Shown one piece after another: positions 40,432 through 49,942 of a stretch of 64,000 nt of DNA. The stretch lies in assembly GCA_965203355.1 (NCBI GenBank), contig OZ241889.1, positions 2,976,001-3,040,000 of the forward strand. Direction: 5' to 3'. This DNA comes from Candidatus Latescibacterota bacterium. GTDB taxonomy: Bacteria > Latescibacterota > UBA2968 > UBA8231. Every line of letters starts with the position of its first letter. Within the stretch, counting starts at the first letter, position 1. A program made the position numbers and the translations under genes. The notes under the pieces are model-generated. The model saw only the letters and a list, made by a program, of their open reading frames with translations. It was not told the origin of the DNA and did no database searches.

Positions 40432-41472
40432 TTATGCGCGGAACAAATGGCTCTCAATGGGCAGGCTCACTTCAATGCCCGAGGTGGCCGCCTGTAAGCC
40501 GGCTTCCATGATCTCTTGGGCGTGGCGTGATTGAATGGCGTTGGTCGTGCCTTGAGGCGACTGCCCCGAGCGAATGCAGTGGAGGAAATACGCGGCGGCA
40601 TTGCGCTCGGCCGCGGGCAATGCGTCGAGTTCTGCTTTTGTTCCCGCTCGGCTCTGGCGGGTGTACACCGTCACCTGACTCCCCACGATCATAGTCCCCT
40701 CCGTGCCGTACAGGACCACGTCGTGGGGCGGCACGTGCGGCACGGCTTCAGTCCAACTCATTTCCAAGCGGCACAAAGCCTCGGGATAGCGCAGCACCAT
40801 AATGCCGTTATCGTCAACCGGCAGATGGGTTTTGAGCAAGCGACCCGCCATGGCCACGACACTGTGCGGCCGGCCCAAAAAGTGGACGCACAGACTAGCT
40901 CCGTATCCGCTGTAGTCGTTGAACGCCCCGGCCCCGTTAAGCTGGGCATCGAAGAGGAAACCGCAGAATTCGTCGGAGCAACCCAACTCGTCCGGGCCGC
41001 AGTGGCCGCCGCGCCAAGTAAGCTGCCACAATCGCCCAATGGCCCCTTCCCGGACGAGGCGGTGGGCCGTGTGCAAGGGCCGCGACCAAGCCGTGGGCCA
41101 GTTGACCATCAAGCAAATTTGGTGGCACTGAGCCGCGGTCAGCATGCGGTCGGCCTGTTCAAGCGTGGCGGCCATAGGTTTTTCGACCATCGCGTGCATG
41201 CCCCGAGCCGCGCACAACTCGACGACCGGGGCGTGGTGTGCGGTGGCCGAAAAAACAAAAACAGCGTCGGGAGCTTGCGCGTCGAGCAGGGCTTCGTACT
41301 CGCCGTACACTAGGTCGCAGCCCGTGCGCTCGCGGAAGCGGTCCTGCAGCACGGGATTGGGGTCGGCACCGCCCACGAGGAGGGCTTCCTCCTGCTCGGC
41401 TAGTTCCCTGAGATTGCTCCACAAGTGGTCGTGGGCCATGCCCAGCACGGCGACTCTGATCGGATCAGTCAT
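40432..41472 (-). CDS. Gfo/Idh/MocA oxidoreductase
   Basis: VAVLGMAHDH, MVEKPMA, NGAGAFNDY. Confidence 0.88.
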   Translation of the reverse strand: MTDPIRVAVLGMAHDHLWSNLRELAEQEEALLVGGADPNPVLQDRFRERTGCDLVYGEYEALLDAQAPDAVFVFSATAHHAPVVELCAARGMHAMVEKPMAATLEQADRMLTAAQCHQICLMVNWPTAWSRPLHTAHRLVREGAIGRLWQLTWRGGHCGPDELGCSDEFCGFLFDAQLNGAGAFNDYSGYGASLCVHFLGRPHSVVAMAGRLLKTHLPVDDNGIMVLRYPEALCRLEMSWTEAVPHVPPHDVVLYGTEGTMIVGSQVTVYTRQSRAGTKAELDALPAAERNAAAYFLHCIRSGQSPQGTTNAIQSRHAQEIMEAGLQAATSGIEVSLPIESHLFRA

Positions 41473-41594
41473 GTAACAGACTCCTGCGTGTTGTTGAGGT
41501 GTGTGGTCCTGGTCTGGTCAATCTATACCCCTAAGGGTAAAGAGAGCAAGAAGGAAGGGCCGCCCAATCCAGAGCCAGAGTTAAGAGCGGTCGC

Positions 41595-42212
41595 TCAGGA
41601 CAGCTTAACGGCAATAAGGTGGGACTTTTCCAGCCGTAGGATGTAGGTCAGGTAATCGGCCGTCTCGTCTAAGCGGCTTCTAAAGGCTGCCCAATGCGGA
41701 TTCTGATCCCATGGTTCGACTTTGGACCAGCCATCGACAAAGAGAAACGCCCCCGGCACCAGACGGTTTTCCAGCACGGCGAACATGGGCGCAAAAGCGG
41801 GCAGGCCAAAATCTACCAAGACAAAATCCACGCATTCGGGAAGGGCGGCGATAAAAGCAGCCCCCGCCCCAGTGTAGCATTCCACCAAGTGATCCAAACC
41901 AGCTTGGCGCAAATTGACCCGCGCCGCCATGGTTTTTTTTCGCACCCGATCTAGGCTGAAGACGCGGCCTCCGGTACGCTGGGCCGCAGCCGCTAGGTGC
42001 AGGGTGGAATAGCCGTGCGAAGTACCAAATTCGACTAAGGTCTGGGCCTGTTGGTGGATCGCGGTCAGACAGAGGTAATGGGCCACTTGGGGACTGACAG
42101 CCTTAAGGCGCAACGGATCCGTAGAGCCCGCTTGGCGCTCCTGCTGGTCGCGTCTGTGCAAGCTGGCGACAAGGGCTTGTTGCGTCGGCGTGAAGAGATC
42201 CTCGATGTGCAT
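41595..42212 (-). CDS. Class I SAM-dependent O-methyltransferase
   Basis: LVEFGTSHGYSTLHLA, NLRQAGL, DFVLVD. Confidence 0.85.
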   Translation of the reverse strand: MHIEDLFTPTQQALVASLHRRDQQERQAGSTDPLRLKAVSPQVAHYLCLTAIHQQAQTLVEFGTSHGYSTLHLAAAAQRTGGRVFSLDRVRKKTMAARVNLRQAGLDHLVECYTGAGAAFIAALPECVDFVLVDFGLPAFAPMFAVLENRLVPGAFLFVDGWSKVEPWDQNPHWAAFRSRLDETADYLTYILRLEKSHLIAVKLS

Positions 42213-42234
42213 GGGCTCCGGCGGATCAGGATGT

Positions 42235-42879
42235 TCACCGACGCCAAGCCGCTTTCAGGCTACCCCAGCCAGTTGGGGCGACCACACTGGCGGTATCCAC
42301 GCGGCGGAATTCCATGGTCTCGACCCCGAGCTCATCTACCGTAGTCAGTAACAGCGTGTCCCCCTCAATGGCATACGTGCCCATCCCCCCATCGAATTCA
42401 GCGAGCAGCCGTTCCTCCGAAAACCCAGCGAGCAACTCGTCGATCACCTGTTTTTCAAACGCCGGGTAGGCATCGTCCGAGATTCCGGTCAAATCCGCGG
42501 TCCAACGGGCCAAGCCGCGGCCGAATTGGGTCAGGACTTCGGCTAAGTCTTGGCTCTGGTCATTGACTAGCAACTCGAAGTCGGTTATGTCAGTCCACAG
42601 GCTATCGCCTTCAACGCTGTAGGTGCCGGTGGCGCGAATGTCGAGCCGCTCGATAGCGGTTATGTCCGCTCCCTCAGCACCCAATAGATCTTCTTTCACC
42701 TGAATGACTTGATCGATCGCACAGACACCATCCGCTTGGAAGGTCATATGAACGGTGATCTCGCCGATCTCATCATCGACGAAGTGCCCCTTCCAAGTGC
42801 CGTAGAGCAATTCTTCTTGGGCGGCGAGCGGCAGGGCGATCAGGCAAAAAGCCGCGATAGACAACAGAAGTTGGTGCAT
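42235..42879 (-). CDS. Secreted hypothetical protein with a C-terminal WGxxK tail
   Basis: Signal peptide ..LPLAA-Q; ends VDTASVVAPTGWGSLKAAWRR; AAGGAG RBS. Confidence 0.75.
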   Translation of the reverse strand: MHQLLLSIAAFCLIALPLAAQEELLYGTWKGHFVDDEIGEITVHMTFQADGVCAIDQVIQVKEDLLGAEGADITAIERLDIRATGTYSVEGDSLWTDITDFELLVNDQSQDLAEVLTQFGRGLARWTADLTGISDDAYPAFEKQVIDELLAGFSEERLLAEFDGGMGTYAIEGDTLLLTTVDELGVETMEFRRVDTASVVAPTGWGSLKAAWRR

Positions 42880-43108
42880 GACGATCTCCTTTTAACAGAG
42901 TAAAGAACAGGACGACAAACCGCGCTAAGAGTACTCCAAGACAGCATGTGCTGCAAAGTAGCCCAGAGTCCGGCGGCGGCGACCCGCTCTCAGTTGACTA
43001 GGTAAAAACCAGACGCTGCTACCCGTCTTCGGTTCCACGTCCCCCATCCACAGGCGTCCCATTACACGCGGGAAACCGTCTCACAAAGAGTCCTTGACTT
43101 ATTGCATC

Positions 43109-43138
43109 AATAGTGTTCTATTTATGTAGAACACTATT
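43109..43138. promoter_or_regulatory. YtrA-type GntR operator
   Basis: Perfect inverted repeat AATAGTGTTCTA-N6-TAGAACACTATT, just downstream of TTGACT (43094-43099) and upstream of the GntR gene. Confidence 0.85.
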
Positions 43139-43176
43139 ACAATGGGACAAAACATAATTTAGGAAGGAGCGAGAAG

Positions 43177-43548
43177 ATGCCGATCGATTTCGACCCCACT
43201 CGCCCCATCTATCTGCAGATCATCGAGGCGGTGAAAAAGCGCACCGTCCAAGGGATCTATCAAGCCGGCGGCCCTTTGCCGTCGGTGCGGGAAATGGCCA
43301 AGGAAATGGGCGTTAATCCCAATACCATGTCCAGAGCCTACATGGCACTGGAGCAAGAAGGATTCATAACCACGCGCCGCGGCCAAGGATCGTCGATAAC
43401 AGAGAGTGCCAAACGCATTGACCGCGAGCGCCGTGCCCTAGCCGAAGCGGCGCGCGACCGCTTTGTCGCAGCGATCCACGACTTGGCACTCTCACGCGAG
43501 CAGATCGACGACCTGCTGCGCGAAATTTCAGCGGAGGTGACGCTATGA
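43177..43548 (+). CDS. GntR family regulator, YtrA subfamily
   Basis: PIYLQI, LPSVREMA..GVNPNT..RAY..LEQEG; 123 aa; precedes ABC genes. Confidence 0.92.
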   Translation: MPIDFDPTRPIYLQIIEAVKKRTVQGIYQAGGPLPSVREMAKEMGVNPNTMSRAYMALEQEGFITTRRGQGSSITESAKRIDRERRALAEAARDRFVAAIHDLALSREQIDDLLREISAEVTL

Positions 43549-44234
43549 TAGAAATAAAGAACCTGTGGAAGCGGTACCCTAATGCGACGGCCTTGAGGGG
43601 TATCTCCCTAACGGTCGAAAAGGGGCGGGTAATGGGCATTCTCGGCGAAAATGGGAGCGGCAAGAGCACGCTGTTCAAAATCCTCGCCGACGTCGCCCAC
43701 GCCAGCGAAGGCAGCGCGAGCATCTCGGGCTACCCCGTTGGGATCCAAACGCGCCGCATCACTTCGTACCTGCCCGAGGTCAGCCCGTTTTACGACTGGA
43801 TGTCCGTCAGCGAACAACTCGAATTTCTAGCCGCGTTCTTTCCGGGCTGGGACATGGACAAGTCCCGCGAGTTGCTCGGCCTGATGAACGTCGATAGCCA
43901 CCGGAAAATCGGCACCCTGTCCGATGGTCAGCGGGCGCGGCTAAAGGTAGTAGCCGCCTTTTCGTGGCCTAGCGAACTGGTGCTCATGGACGAGCCGCTC
44001 GGACGGATCGATCCGCCATCGCGCCGGCGCATCTTGGCGATCTTGCTGCGTGAGTTTCGCGTCGGGGAGCAGACGATTCTGATCTCGACCCATCTCGTCA
44101 GCGAAGTGGAAGAGCTGATAGAAGAAGTAGCTTTCTTGCGCCACGGCGAGATCGCAGTCAGCGGCAACATCGAAGAATTACGGCAAAGTCGCGGCATGTC
44201 GCTCAACGACATTTTCGAGGAGGTGGTAACGTGA
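43545..44234 (+). CDS. ABC transporter ATP-binding protein (YtrB-like)
   Basis: GENGSGKST, LSDGQ, LMDEP, ISTH. Confidence 0.92.
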   Translation: MIEIKNLWKRYPNATALRGISLTVEKGRVMGILGENGSGKSTLFKILADVAHASEGSASISGYPVGIQTRRITSYLPEVSPFYDWMSVSEQLEFLAAFFPGWDMDKSRELLGLMNVDSHRKIGTLSDGQRARLKVVAAFSWPSELVLMDEPLGRIDPPSRRRILAILLREFRVGEQTILISTHLVSEVEELIEEVAFLRHGEIAVSGNIEELRQSRGMSLNDIFEEVVT

Positions 44235-45037
44235 ATACTTGGAAGACGCTGTACCTAAAGGAAATAAAAGACAACCGCACGCTGTTCCTCGTGCTGGTGG
44301 CGATGACGGTTTTTCTGGAGATCGTTGCGGTATGGTCGATAGGAGCCAACGTCGCCCGGTGGTCGCCCGATATGCAGTGGAAAGACTTCTCGCCCCACTT
44401 CCTGTGGAGTGTGGTACCTTACGGGTTGCTACTGATTTTGCCCTTCTTGCTCAGCCACTCATTTGCCCAAGAGGTAAAAGGACAGACCCATTATTTGCTC
44501 CTCTCCCTGCCGGTATCGCGCACGCAAATCTTCGCGGCCAAAGCGGCAACCGTGGCGACGCTCGGCCTCGTCTTATTCACGCTGAGCAGTGCCGGTTTTA
44601 TCACCGTTGTCAGCGAATTGCGCGAGTTTGCAACTCGCGTGGATGGGATACGCATAGCCCCGTTCACCGCAATGGACATACTAGTTAGCAGCGGCGTGTT
44701 CTATCTGTCGGCGATGGCGGTGTTGCTGGGCCTTGCCGGTGGTATTGCCGGCCTGCGATTGGTGGTTCGGCGCTTTGCCGGCCTCGCGTCTGTGGCCTTC
44801 GCCATCGGCGTCCTGTACTGCTATTTCAGCACGTTGCCCGACGTGCTCTCCCTGCCTGAGTTGTTCGGCACGTACGAAGTACCGTTCTGGATCGCCTCCA
44901 CTTCTTCTGGCGCACAGATAGACATGAATTCGGATTCTATCCAGATCAGCTTCACGTTCCTCGCGTACTCGATCTTCGTCGGCCTAGCCGCCATGGGGAT
45001 CGGGATGTGGCTGTTTGAAAAGCGGGCCGAAGCCTAA
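44231..45037 (+). CDS. ABC-2 type permease
   Basis: About 6 TM helices, LLSLPVSR..IFAAK; coupled to the ATPase. Confidence 0.8.
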   Translation: MNTWKTLYLKEIKDNRTLFLVLVAMTVFLEIVAVWSIGANVARWSPDMQWKDFSPHFLWSVVPYGLLLILPFLLSHSFAQEVKGQTHYLLLSLPVSRTQIFAAKAATVATLGLVLFTLSSAGFITVVSELREFATRVDGIRIAPFTAMDILVSSGVFYLSAMAVLLGLAGGIAGLRLVVRRFAGLASVAFAIGVLYCYFSTLPDVLSLPELFGTYEVPFWIASTSSGAQIDMNSDSIQISFTFLAYSIFVGLAAMGIGMWLFEKRAEA

Positions 45038-45927
45038 GTGAATAGCTTGCGCTCGGCCCACGTGCGGCGTTTGCGGCGGTGCAAGGCCACATCGTCGCGG
45101 TAGGCGTGGGGGTCGCGATCTAAGCCGGTCTCGCGGTCGAGGAAAAGCGGGAAGTCCGAGGCCGGGGGTTTGGCGTTGTGATAAGCGTTGGTGTAGGAAC
45201 GCATGATGATGCGCTGCTCGCGGTTGAGCGTCTCGAGCCAAGCGGGATCGGATTGGAGGCGGTCGGCTGGGGTGAGCCAAGCCGGGCAGTAGGCGTAGAA
45301 GATATTCTTGCGCACCACATCGCTCTCGTTTGGCTCGACGCGATGCCAGATGCTCGAGTGCATAAAGGTCATGGTGCCCTTGCGCAGGCAAACCACCCGC
45401 TCGCCCGGGATCGGCTGGTGGCTGTCGTACTCGTCGACGTATTGCTTGCGGTGGCTGCCGGGCAGAACCACTAAGTTGCCCATCTTGGCCCGTGGCAAGT
45501 CGGTCAGCCAGAAGCCGATCTTGATTTGCAGCGGCAAATCGGGCGAGAAGGTGCCGTATGGCACGGCGCGGGCCCCATCGGGATGCCAGATATTGTAGCG
45601 GTCGCCGCCCGGCGGACGAATGAAAAACTGGCTCTGGTGTAGCTTGAGCAATTCGCCGAAAAGGTCGTAGGCGTAGCCGATGTGGCGCGGGTGATCGATG
45701 AGCGCGGCAAAGGCGGGATCGCGCTCGACGATATTTTGGCAACCGAAGGTCTCCCGCTCGAGGTATTGGGGGCTGGATTGGCAAACGCGATCAACCGCGG
45801 CCGTAAGTTCGTCGATCGCCGCTTGGTCGAGGGCGTCTGGAAAAAAGAGGATGCCCTCGCGGTTGAAGGTTTCCCACTCGTCGTCGGTAAAGCCGGGCGG
45901 GGCGATGCGATAGGCAGCATCGGTCAT
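45034..45927 (-). CDS. Phytanoyl-CoA dioxygenase (PhyH) family
   Basis: WHPDG, GNLVVLPGSH, IWHR. Confidence 0.88.
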   Translation of the reverse strand: MTDAAYRIAPPGFTDDEWETFNREGILFFPDALDQAAIDELTAAVDRVCQSSPQYLERETFGCQNIVERDPAFAALIDHPRHIGYAYDLFGELLKLHQSQFFIRPPGGDRYNIWHPDGARAVPYGTFSPDLPLQIKIGFWLTDLPRAKMGNLVVLPGSHRKQYVDEYDSHQPIPGERVVCLRKGTMTFMHSSIWHRVEPNESDVVRKNIFYAYCPAWLTPADRLQSDPAWLETLNREQRIIMRSYTNAYHNAKPPASDFPLFLDRETGLDRDPHAYRDDVALHRRKRRTWAERKLFT

Positions 45928-45978
45928 AGGGGCGGCTCCTGGGTGGGGTTAATTAGGATAGTCTTAACACGACAGTTA

Positions 45979-46770
45979 TTACGCCGCCGGCAAATTCCAA
46001 TTTTCGCACCCGGCAAAAGGCATGTGCTCTCCCTCGATGTACTGCGGCCGCGGTGCGTACTTGTTCCCTATTTTGGGTATCACCGCTCCCCGGCACATAA
46101 TGCAAGGACTACGATCCACCGTGACTTTGGTGCTGGTCGGAATGTAGCGCAGGGTAAGCCCGACCCGCCATTGGTCCGAAGTATTGGCATTGGAGCCGTG
46201 GATGATATTGGGGTGATGAATGGAAATATCCCCGGCCTCCAGCTCCAAATCAACGGCATCGGCCTCGTCGATCTGATCGGGGCGGATACCAACGCTAAGC
46301 ACGTACTGATCCGTATCCAGATCGATCATCTCACTGCGCTTGAGCAAACGCTTGGTGTGCGTCCCCGGCAAAACCCGCATACAGCCATTGGCCACCGTCG
46401 AGTCCGTGCCGGCCACCCACAGCGTGGTGACTTCCATCGGCGCCAAGGGCCAGTACGAGCCGTCCTGATGCCACTGCACGGCTTGGCCGGTGCTGGGTTT
46501 TTTGGCGATATAGTGCGCCGCGAACATGGCCACATTAGGCCCAAGGAATTGCGCCGCAATATCGACCAGCCGCTCGTCGGTGACTAGGCGGTGCATAAAG
46601 GGATCGTTCACCATCAGTTCGTGGTGTAGGCGCTCGGGCCGCGTCCCTGGATTCTTTTTGACCAACCAGTGGACGTGCGCCACGGTCTCGGCAGCCAATT
46701 CCGCATCAATAGCCTTGCGGGCGATGCAAAAGCCCTGCTCATCGTATGCTTGGCGTAGTGTCGTTTCCAT
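45979..46770 (-). CDS. Phytanoyl-CoA dioxygenase (PhyH) family
   Basis: WHQDGSYWP, NGCMRVLPGTH, IHGSNAN..R. Confidence 0.92.
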   Translation of the reverse strand: METTLRQAYDEQGFCIARKAIDAELAAETVAHVHWLVKKNPGTRPERLHHELMVNDPFMHRLVTDERLVDIAAQFLGPNVAMFAAHYIAKKPSTGQAVQWHQDGSYWPLAPMEVTTLWVAGTDSTVANGCMRVLPGTHTKRLLKRSEMIDLDTDQYVLSVGIRPDQIDEADAVDLELEAGDISIHHPNIIHGSNANTSDQWRVGLTLRYIPTSTKVTVDRSPCIMCRGAVIPKIGNKYAPRPQYIEGEHMPFAGCENWNLPAA

Positions 46771-47155
46771 CTGTTCTCTTGTCCTTCTACGATAAAATTA
46801 CTTTGTGCAAAATAGACAATAAATAGACTCACCGCACAATGTCGGCTCACCGCAAGAGCCCGTCTTGCCCCGCCTGTACTATCCGCGCCGCCCTAAGAAT
46901 CTCAACGGCGGCAAGCCCGATCTGGGAGCCTGCGTCGGTCCCTTTTTCGCTCACGCCGCCTTGTCGCTAGACCGCCATCCGCCATATCGAATCGAGTTAA
47001 GAGAGGCAGCGGCCTATGGAGTAATTTGCTGCTGGGCGATCCGCTGCTAGCCAGCATCTATGTCTTGGCGCAACATGTAATTGATGTTAGCTTTTATCCG
47101 AAGTCGGCACGATGAATGAATGCTTGGAGCGACTCAACACAAAGGAGACCGAGCC

Positions 47156-47812
47156 ATGCCCGAACCCATAACGCAAGCCCAAGATCACGACCGCCGTATT
47201 GGACGGTTAGAAGGCATCGCCGAGCAATTAACCCCCCGCCTTGCCAGCATGGAGCGAACCATCACTGAGCAGGGACGGCAACTCGACGAGCGAATCACCG
47301 AACAAGGAAGACATCTCGACGAGCGAATCACCGAGCAAGGACAGCAACTGCGGCAAGAAATCACCGAACAAGGAAGACATCTCGACGAGCGAATCACCGA
47401 ACAGGGACAGCAACTGCGGCAAGAAATCACCGAACAAGGAAGACATCTCGACGAGCGAATCACCGAGCAAGGACAGCAACTGCGGCAAGAAATCGCCGAA
47501 CAAGGAAGGCATCTCGACGAGCGAATCACCGAGCAAGGACAGCAACTCAGACAAGAAATCACCGAACAAGGAAGACATCTCGACGAGCGAATCACCGAAC
47601 AGGGACGGCAATTCGACGAGCGAATCACCGAGCAAGGACGGCAACTCGACGAGCGAATCACCGAACAGGGACGGCAACTGCGACAAGAAATCGCCGAGCA
47701 AGGACGTGCAACCAACACTCGCTTAGAGGCTCTCAACCACCGCATCTTGTGGGCTATTGGAACGCAAATCGCGCTTATGGGCTTGCTCTTCGCCGCCCTG
47801 AAACTGACCTAA
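47156..47812 (+). CDS. C-terminally membrane-anchored hendecad coiled-coil protein (DUF1640/CCDC90-like architecture)
   Basis: AAGGAG RBS, ATG 47156; 14 x 11-aa repeats; terminal TM ILWAIGTQIALMGLLFAAL. Confidence 0.75.
   Translation: MPEPITQAQDHDRRIGRLEGIAEQLTPRLASMERTITEQGRQLDERITEQGRHLDERITEQGQQLRQEITEQGRHLDERITEQGQQLRQEITEQGRHLDERITEQGQQLRQEIAEQGRHLDERITEQGQQLRQEITEQGRHLDERITEQGRQFDERITEQGRQLDERITEQGRQLRQEIAEQGRATNTRLEALNHRILWAIGTQIALMGLLFAALKLT
47261..47722 (+). repeat. 14 x 33-bp in-frame tandem repeat with a 66-bp A/B higher-order period
   Basis: ITEQGRHLDER and ITEQGQQLRQE units alternate. Confidence 0.95.
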
Positions 47813-47843
47813 TCGCCCGGCCGCTTAACTTAGCAACGAAGCA

Positions 47844-49370
47844 ATGAAACAAAGCGATCTTGAACTCGAAGTGACCAATTTCGGGCCGATCGTCAAGGCC
47901 AAGATTGGTCTGCGTCCACTGACCGTATTCGTCGGTCCGAGCAACACGGGGAAGTCCTATCTAGCGATCCTGATCTATGCGCTACATCGGTTTTTCAGTG
48001 GCTTTTCGACTTATAGGCACTTCAGGGAGCTTGAACACCAGAAACTATCCGAGACAACCATTGAAGCTATTAGTGAATGGGCCCAGCAGACGCTGGCGGA
48101 CAATACGGTCGAAAAGAGCCTTGTTCTACCCGAGTTGATAGTAGATGAGATTTATTCCGTATTACATATGCAGGGCAACCTATTAGGTCGTGAAATTAAC
48201 CGGTGTTTCGGTATTGACGAAAATGATCAGCTAAAGCTAATCCGCAAAGGAAGTAGGAGTGGCGCACACTTTGTATTGCGCAGTCGTGTCGCAAACGGTT
48301 CGGCATCCTTAAAGCACAGATTGACTCTCAAAGCGCAGGGAACTGTATTCGAGCCGACGCCCTCCCTAGGAACATCGCTACAGGTCGAGACTAAGGGGGG
48401 AGACAGGTGGAGGGAGTATTTACGCCACCTTGTCGAAGACTTGGTTCCACAAGCTCGCCGAGAAGAGCGGGATTATTATTTAGGGGGACTAATAGAACCC
48501 CTGACCTCTCTCGCCCTGCCTCAACTAGTCGGTCCTCTATATCGTCCAGCGTTCTATCTTCCTGCCGACCGCACCGGCGTGATGCACGCGCACAGAGTGG
48601 TAGTCAGTGCGATGATCGGCAGCGCACCAATGGCAGGTCTGCGTCCGGCTGCCGGCACTCCTATGCTTTCAGGAGTTCTGGCGGATTTCCTCCAACAGTT
48701 GGTTGAACTCGATTCTCCGCCGTATTGGCGAGCCAGGCCTAGATTCGATCCTTCGGCGGGTCGGCGAGCCAGATCTCAAGGCGATTTCGGTACGAAACTC
48801 GAAGACGCCCTGCTCGGCGGGTCGGTTCGCGTCAATAGATCGGAGACGATTAGCTACCCGCATTTCACCTACCAACCCAAGGGATGGAAGACCTCCTTAC
48901 CTCTTATGAATGCCTCGTCCATGGTGTCGGAGCTCGCGCCAGTGGTGCTCTATTTGCGCCACATGGTCAGCCCCGACGATGTGCTGATCATCGAGGAGCC
49001 AGAATCGCATCTGCATCCGGCCATGCAGGTCGAATTCACCCGACAACTCGCCGCGCTCATTCACGCAGGTATCCGAGTGATCATCACCACGCACAGCGAT
49101 TGGGTACTGGAGACGCTCGCCAATCTGGTGCGCCGGTCCGCGCTTCCCAAAGCGCAGAGACAAGGGGATTTGGTACTGAGTCACAACCAAGTGGGAGCAT
49201 GGCTGTTCAAGCAGCAAAAGGCCCCCAAGGCCAAGGGATCTGTCGTAGAAGAAATTCGCTTCGACCCAGATGCGGGCGGGTTGGAAAGCGGTTATAGTGA
49301 GGTCGCCGAACAGCTCTACAACGAGTGGGCCGACATTGGGAATCAGATTACAGAAAGTAACGAACAATGA
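47844..49370 (+). CDS. ABC-type AAA ATPase (AAA_15/AAA_21-like, defence-associated class)
   Basis: NFGPI, GPSNTGKS, ASSMVSELAP, IIEEPESHLHP, ITTHSD. Confidence 0.85.
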   Translation: MKQSDLELEVTNFGPIVKAKIGLRPLTVFVGPSNTGKSYLAILIYALHRFFSGFSTYRHFRELEHQKLSETTIEAISEWAQQTLADNTVEKSLVLPELIVDEIYSVLHMQGNLLGREINRCFGIDENDQLKLIRKGSRSGAHFVLRSRVANGSASLKHRLTLKAQGTVFEPTPSLGTSLQVETKGGDRWREYLRHLVEDLVPQARREERDYYLGGLIEPLTSLALPQLVGPLYRPAFYLPADRTGVMHAHRVVVSAMIGSAPMAGLRPAAGTPMLSGVLADFLQQLVELDSPPYWRARPRFDPSAGRRARSQGDFGTKLEDALLGGSVRVNRSETISYPHFTYQPKGWKTSLPLMNASSMVSELAPVVLYLRHMVSPDDVLIIEEPESHLHPAMQVEFTRQLAALIHAGIRVIITTHSDWVLETLANLVRRSALPKAQRQGDLVLSHNQVGAWLFKQQKAPKAKGSVVEEIRFDPDAGGLESGYSEVAEQLYNEWADIGNQITESNEQ

Positions 49371-49834
49371 GTAGTCCAATCGAATGGCTGCAGGGTGAAA
49401 TTCCCCCGGGAGCTATCGTCAGCAAATGTGCGAAAGAAGGCTGCGCCGTGTCGCTGAGAAAGGCCCCATCGCCCTGTTGGATCCTCAATATGGATCACTC
49501 CGGTTGGGGGCTAGCCAATCAGAGCCATTGTGACTTTCTGTTCATCAGTTGCAACGGCGCGGGAAAAACCAACTGGGTCGTACCGCTGGAATTAAAAAAG
49601 GGCAGCCCCAACGCAACTGAGATGGTAAGGCAACTACAGGCTGGAGCAAATTTCGTCCAAGCCAAGATGTCCACACAACACAGAACGCGGTTTTTACCGG
49701 TGGGTGTCTATGGAGGCAACCTTAAAGCTCTACAAAAAAAGAAGCTCAGGCAGGCGCGAATCTTGTTTCGTCAAATGAAGTATGAAATCAAACTCATTCG
49801 CTGTGGCAAGCCGCTCAAAGAGGTCCTTTCTTGA
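49367..49834 (+). CDS. Hypothetical protein with a PD-(D/E)xK nuclease-like motif
   Basis: HCDFLFI...PLELKKG...QL; ATGA overlap with the ATPase. Confidence 0.6.
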   Translation: MSSPIEWLQGEIPPGAIVSKCAKEGCAVSLRKAPSPCWILNMDHSGWGLANQSHCDFLFISCNGAGKTNWVVPLELKKGSPNATEMVRQLQAGANFVQAKMSTQHRTRFLPVGVYGGNLKALQKKKLRQARILFRQMKYEIKLIRCGKPLKEVLS

Positions 49835-49942
49835 ACGCAACCCTCTACATCCCTAGCCCAAGCTCATCGAGTTTGCTTCCTATCCGAAAAGGGTCCAGAT
49901 AGCCAGCGCACGCGTAGGCTCTCGAACCATGAACTAGGAATC

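Noticed and set aside
42880-43090. Long intergenic regions inspected for riboswitches or ncRNAs (also 46771-47155 and 51056-51340)
   Set aside because: No recognisable conserved motif by eye. An Infernal/Rfam scan would be needed.
47185-47745. Three additional long ORFs in other frames over the 33-bp repeat; also considered as a possible CRISPR array
   Set aside because: The open frames are a by-product of a stop-free repeat unit. Units are contiguous with no unique spacers, and only one frame has an RBS, head and TM anchor.
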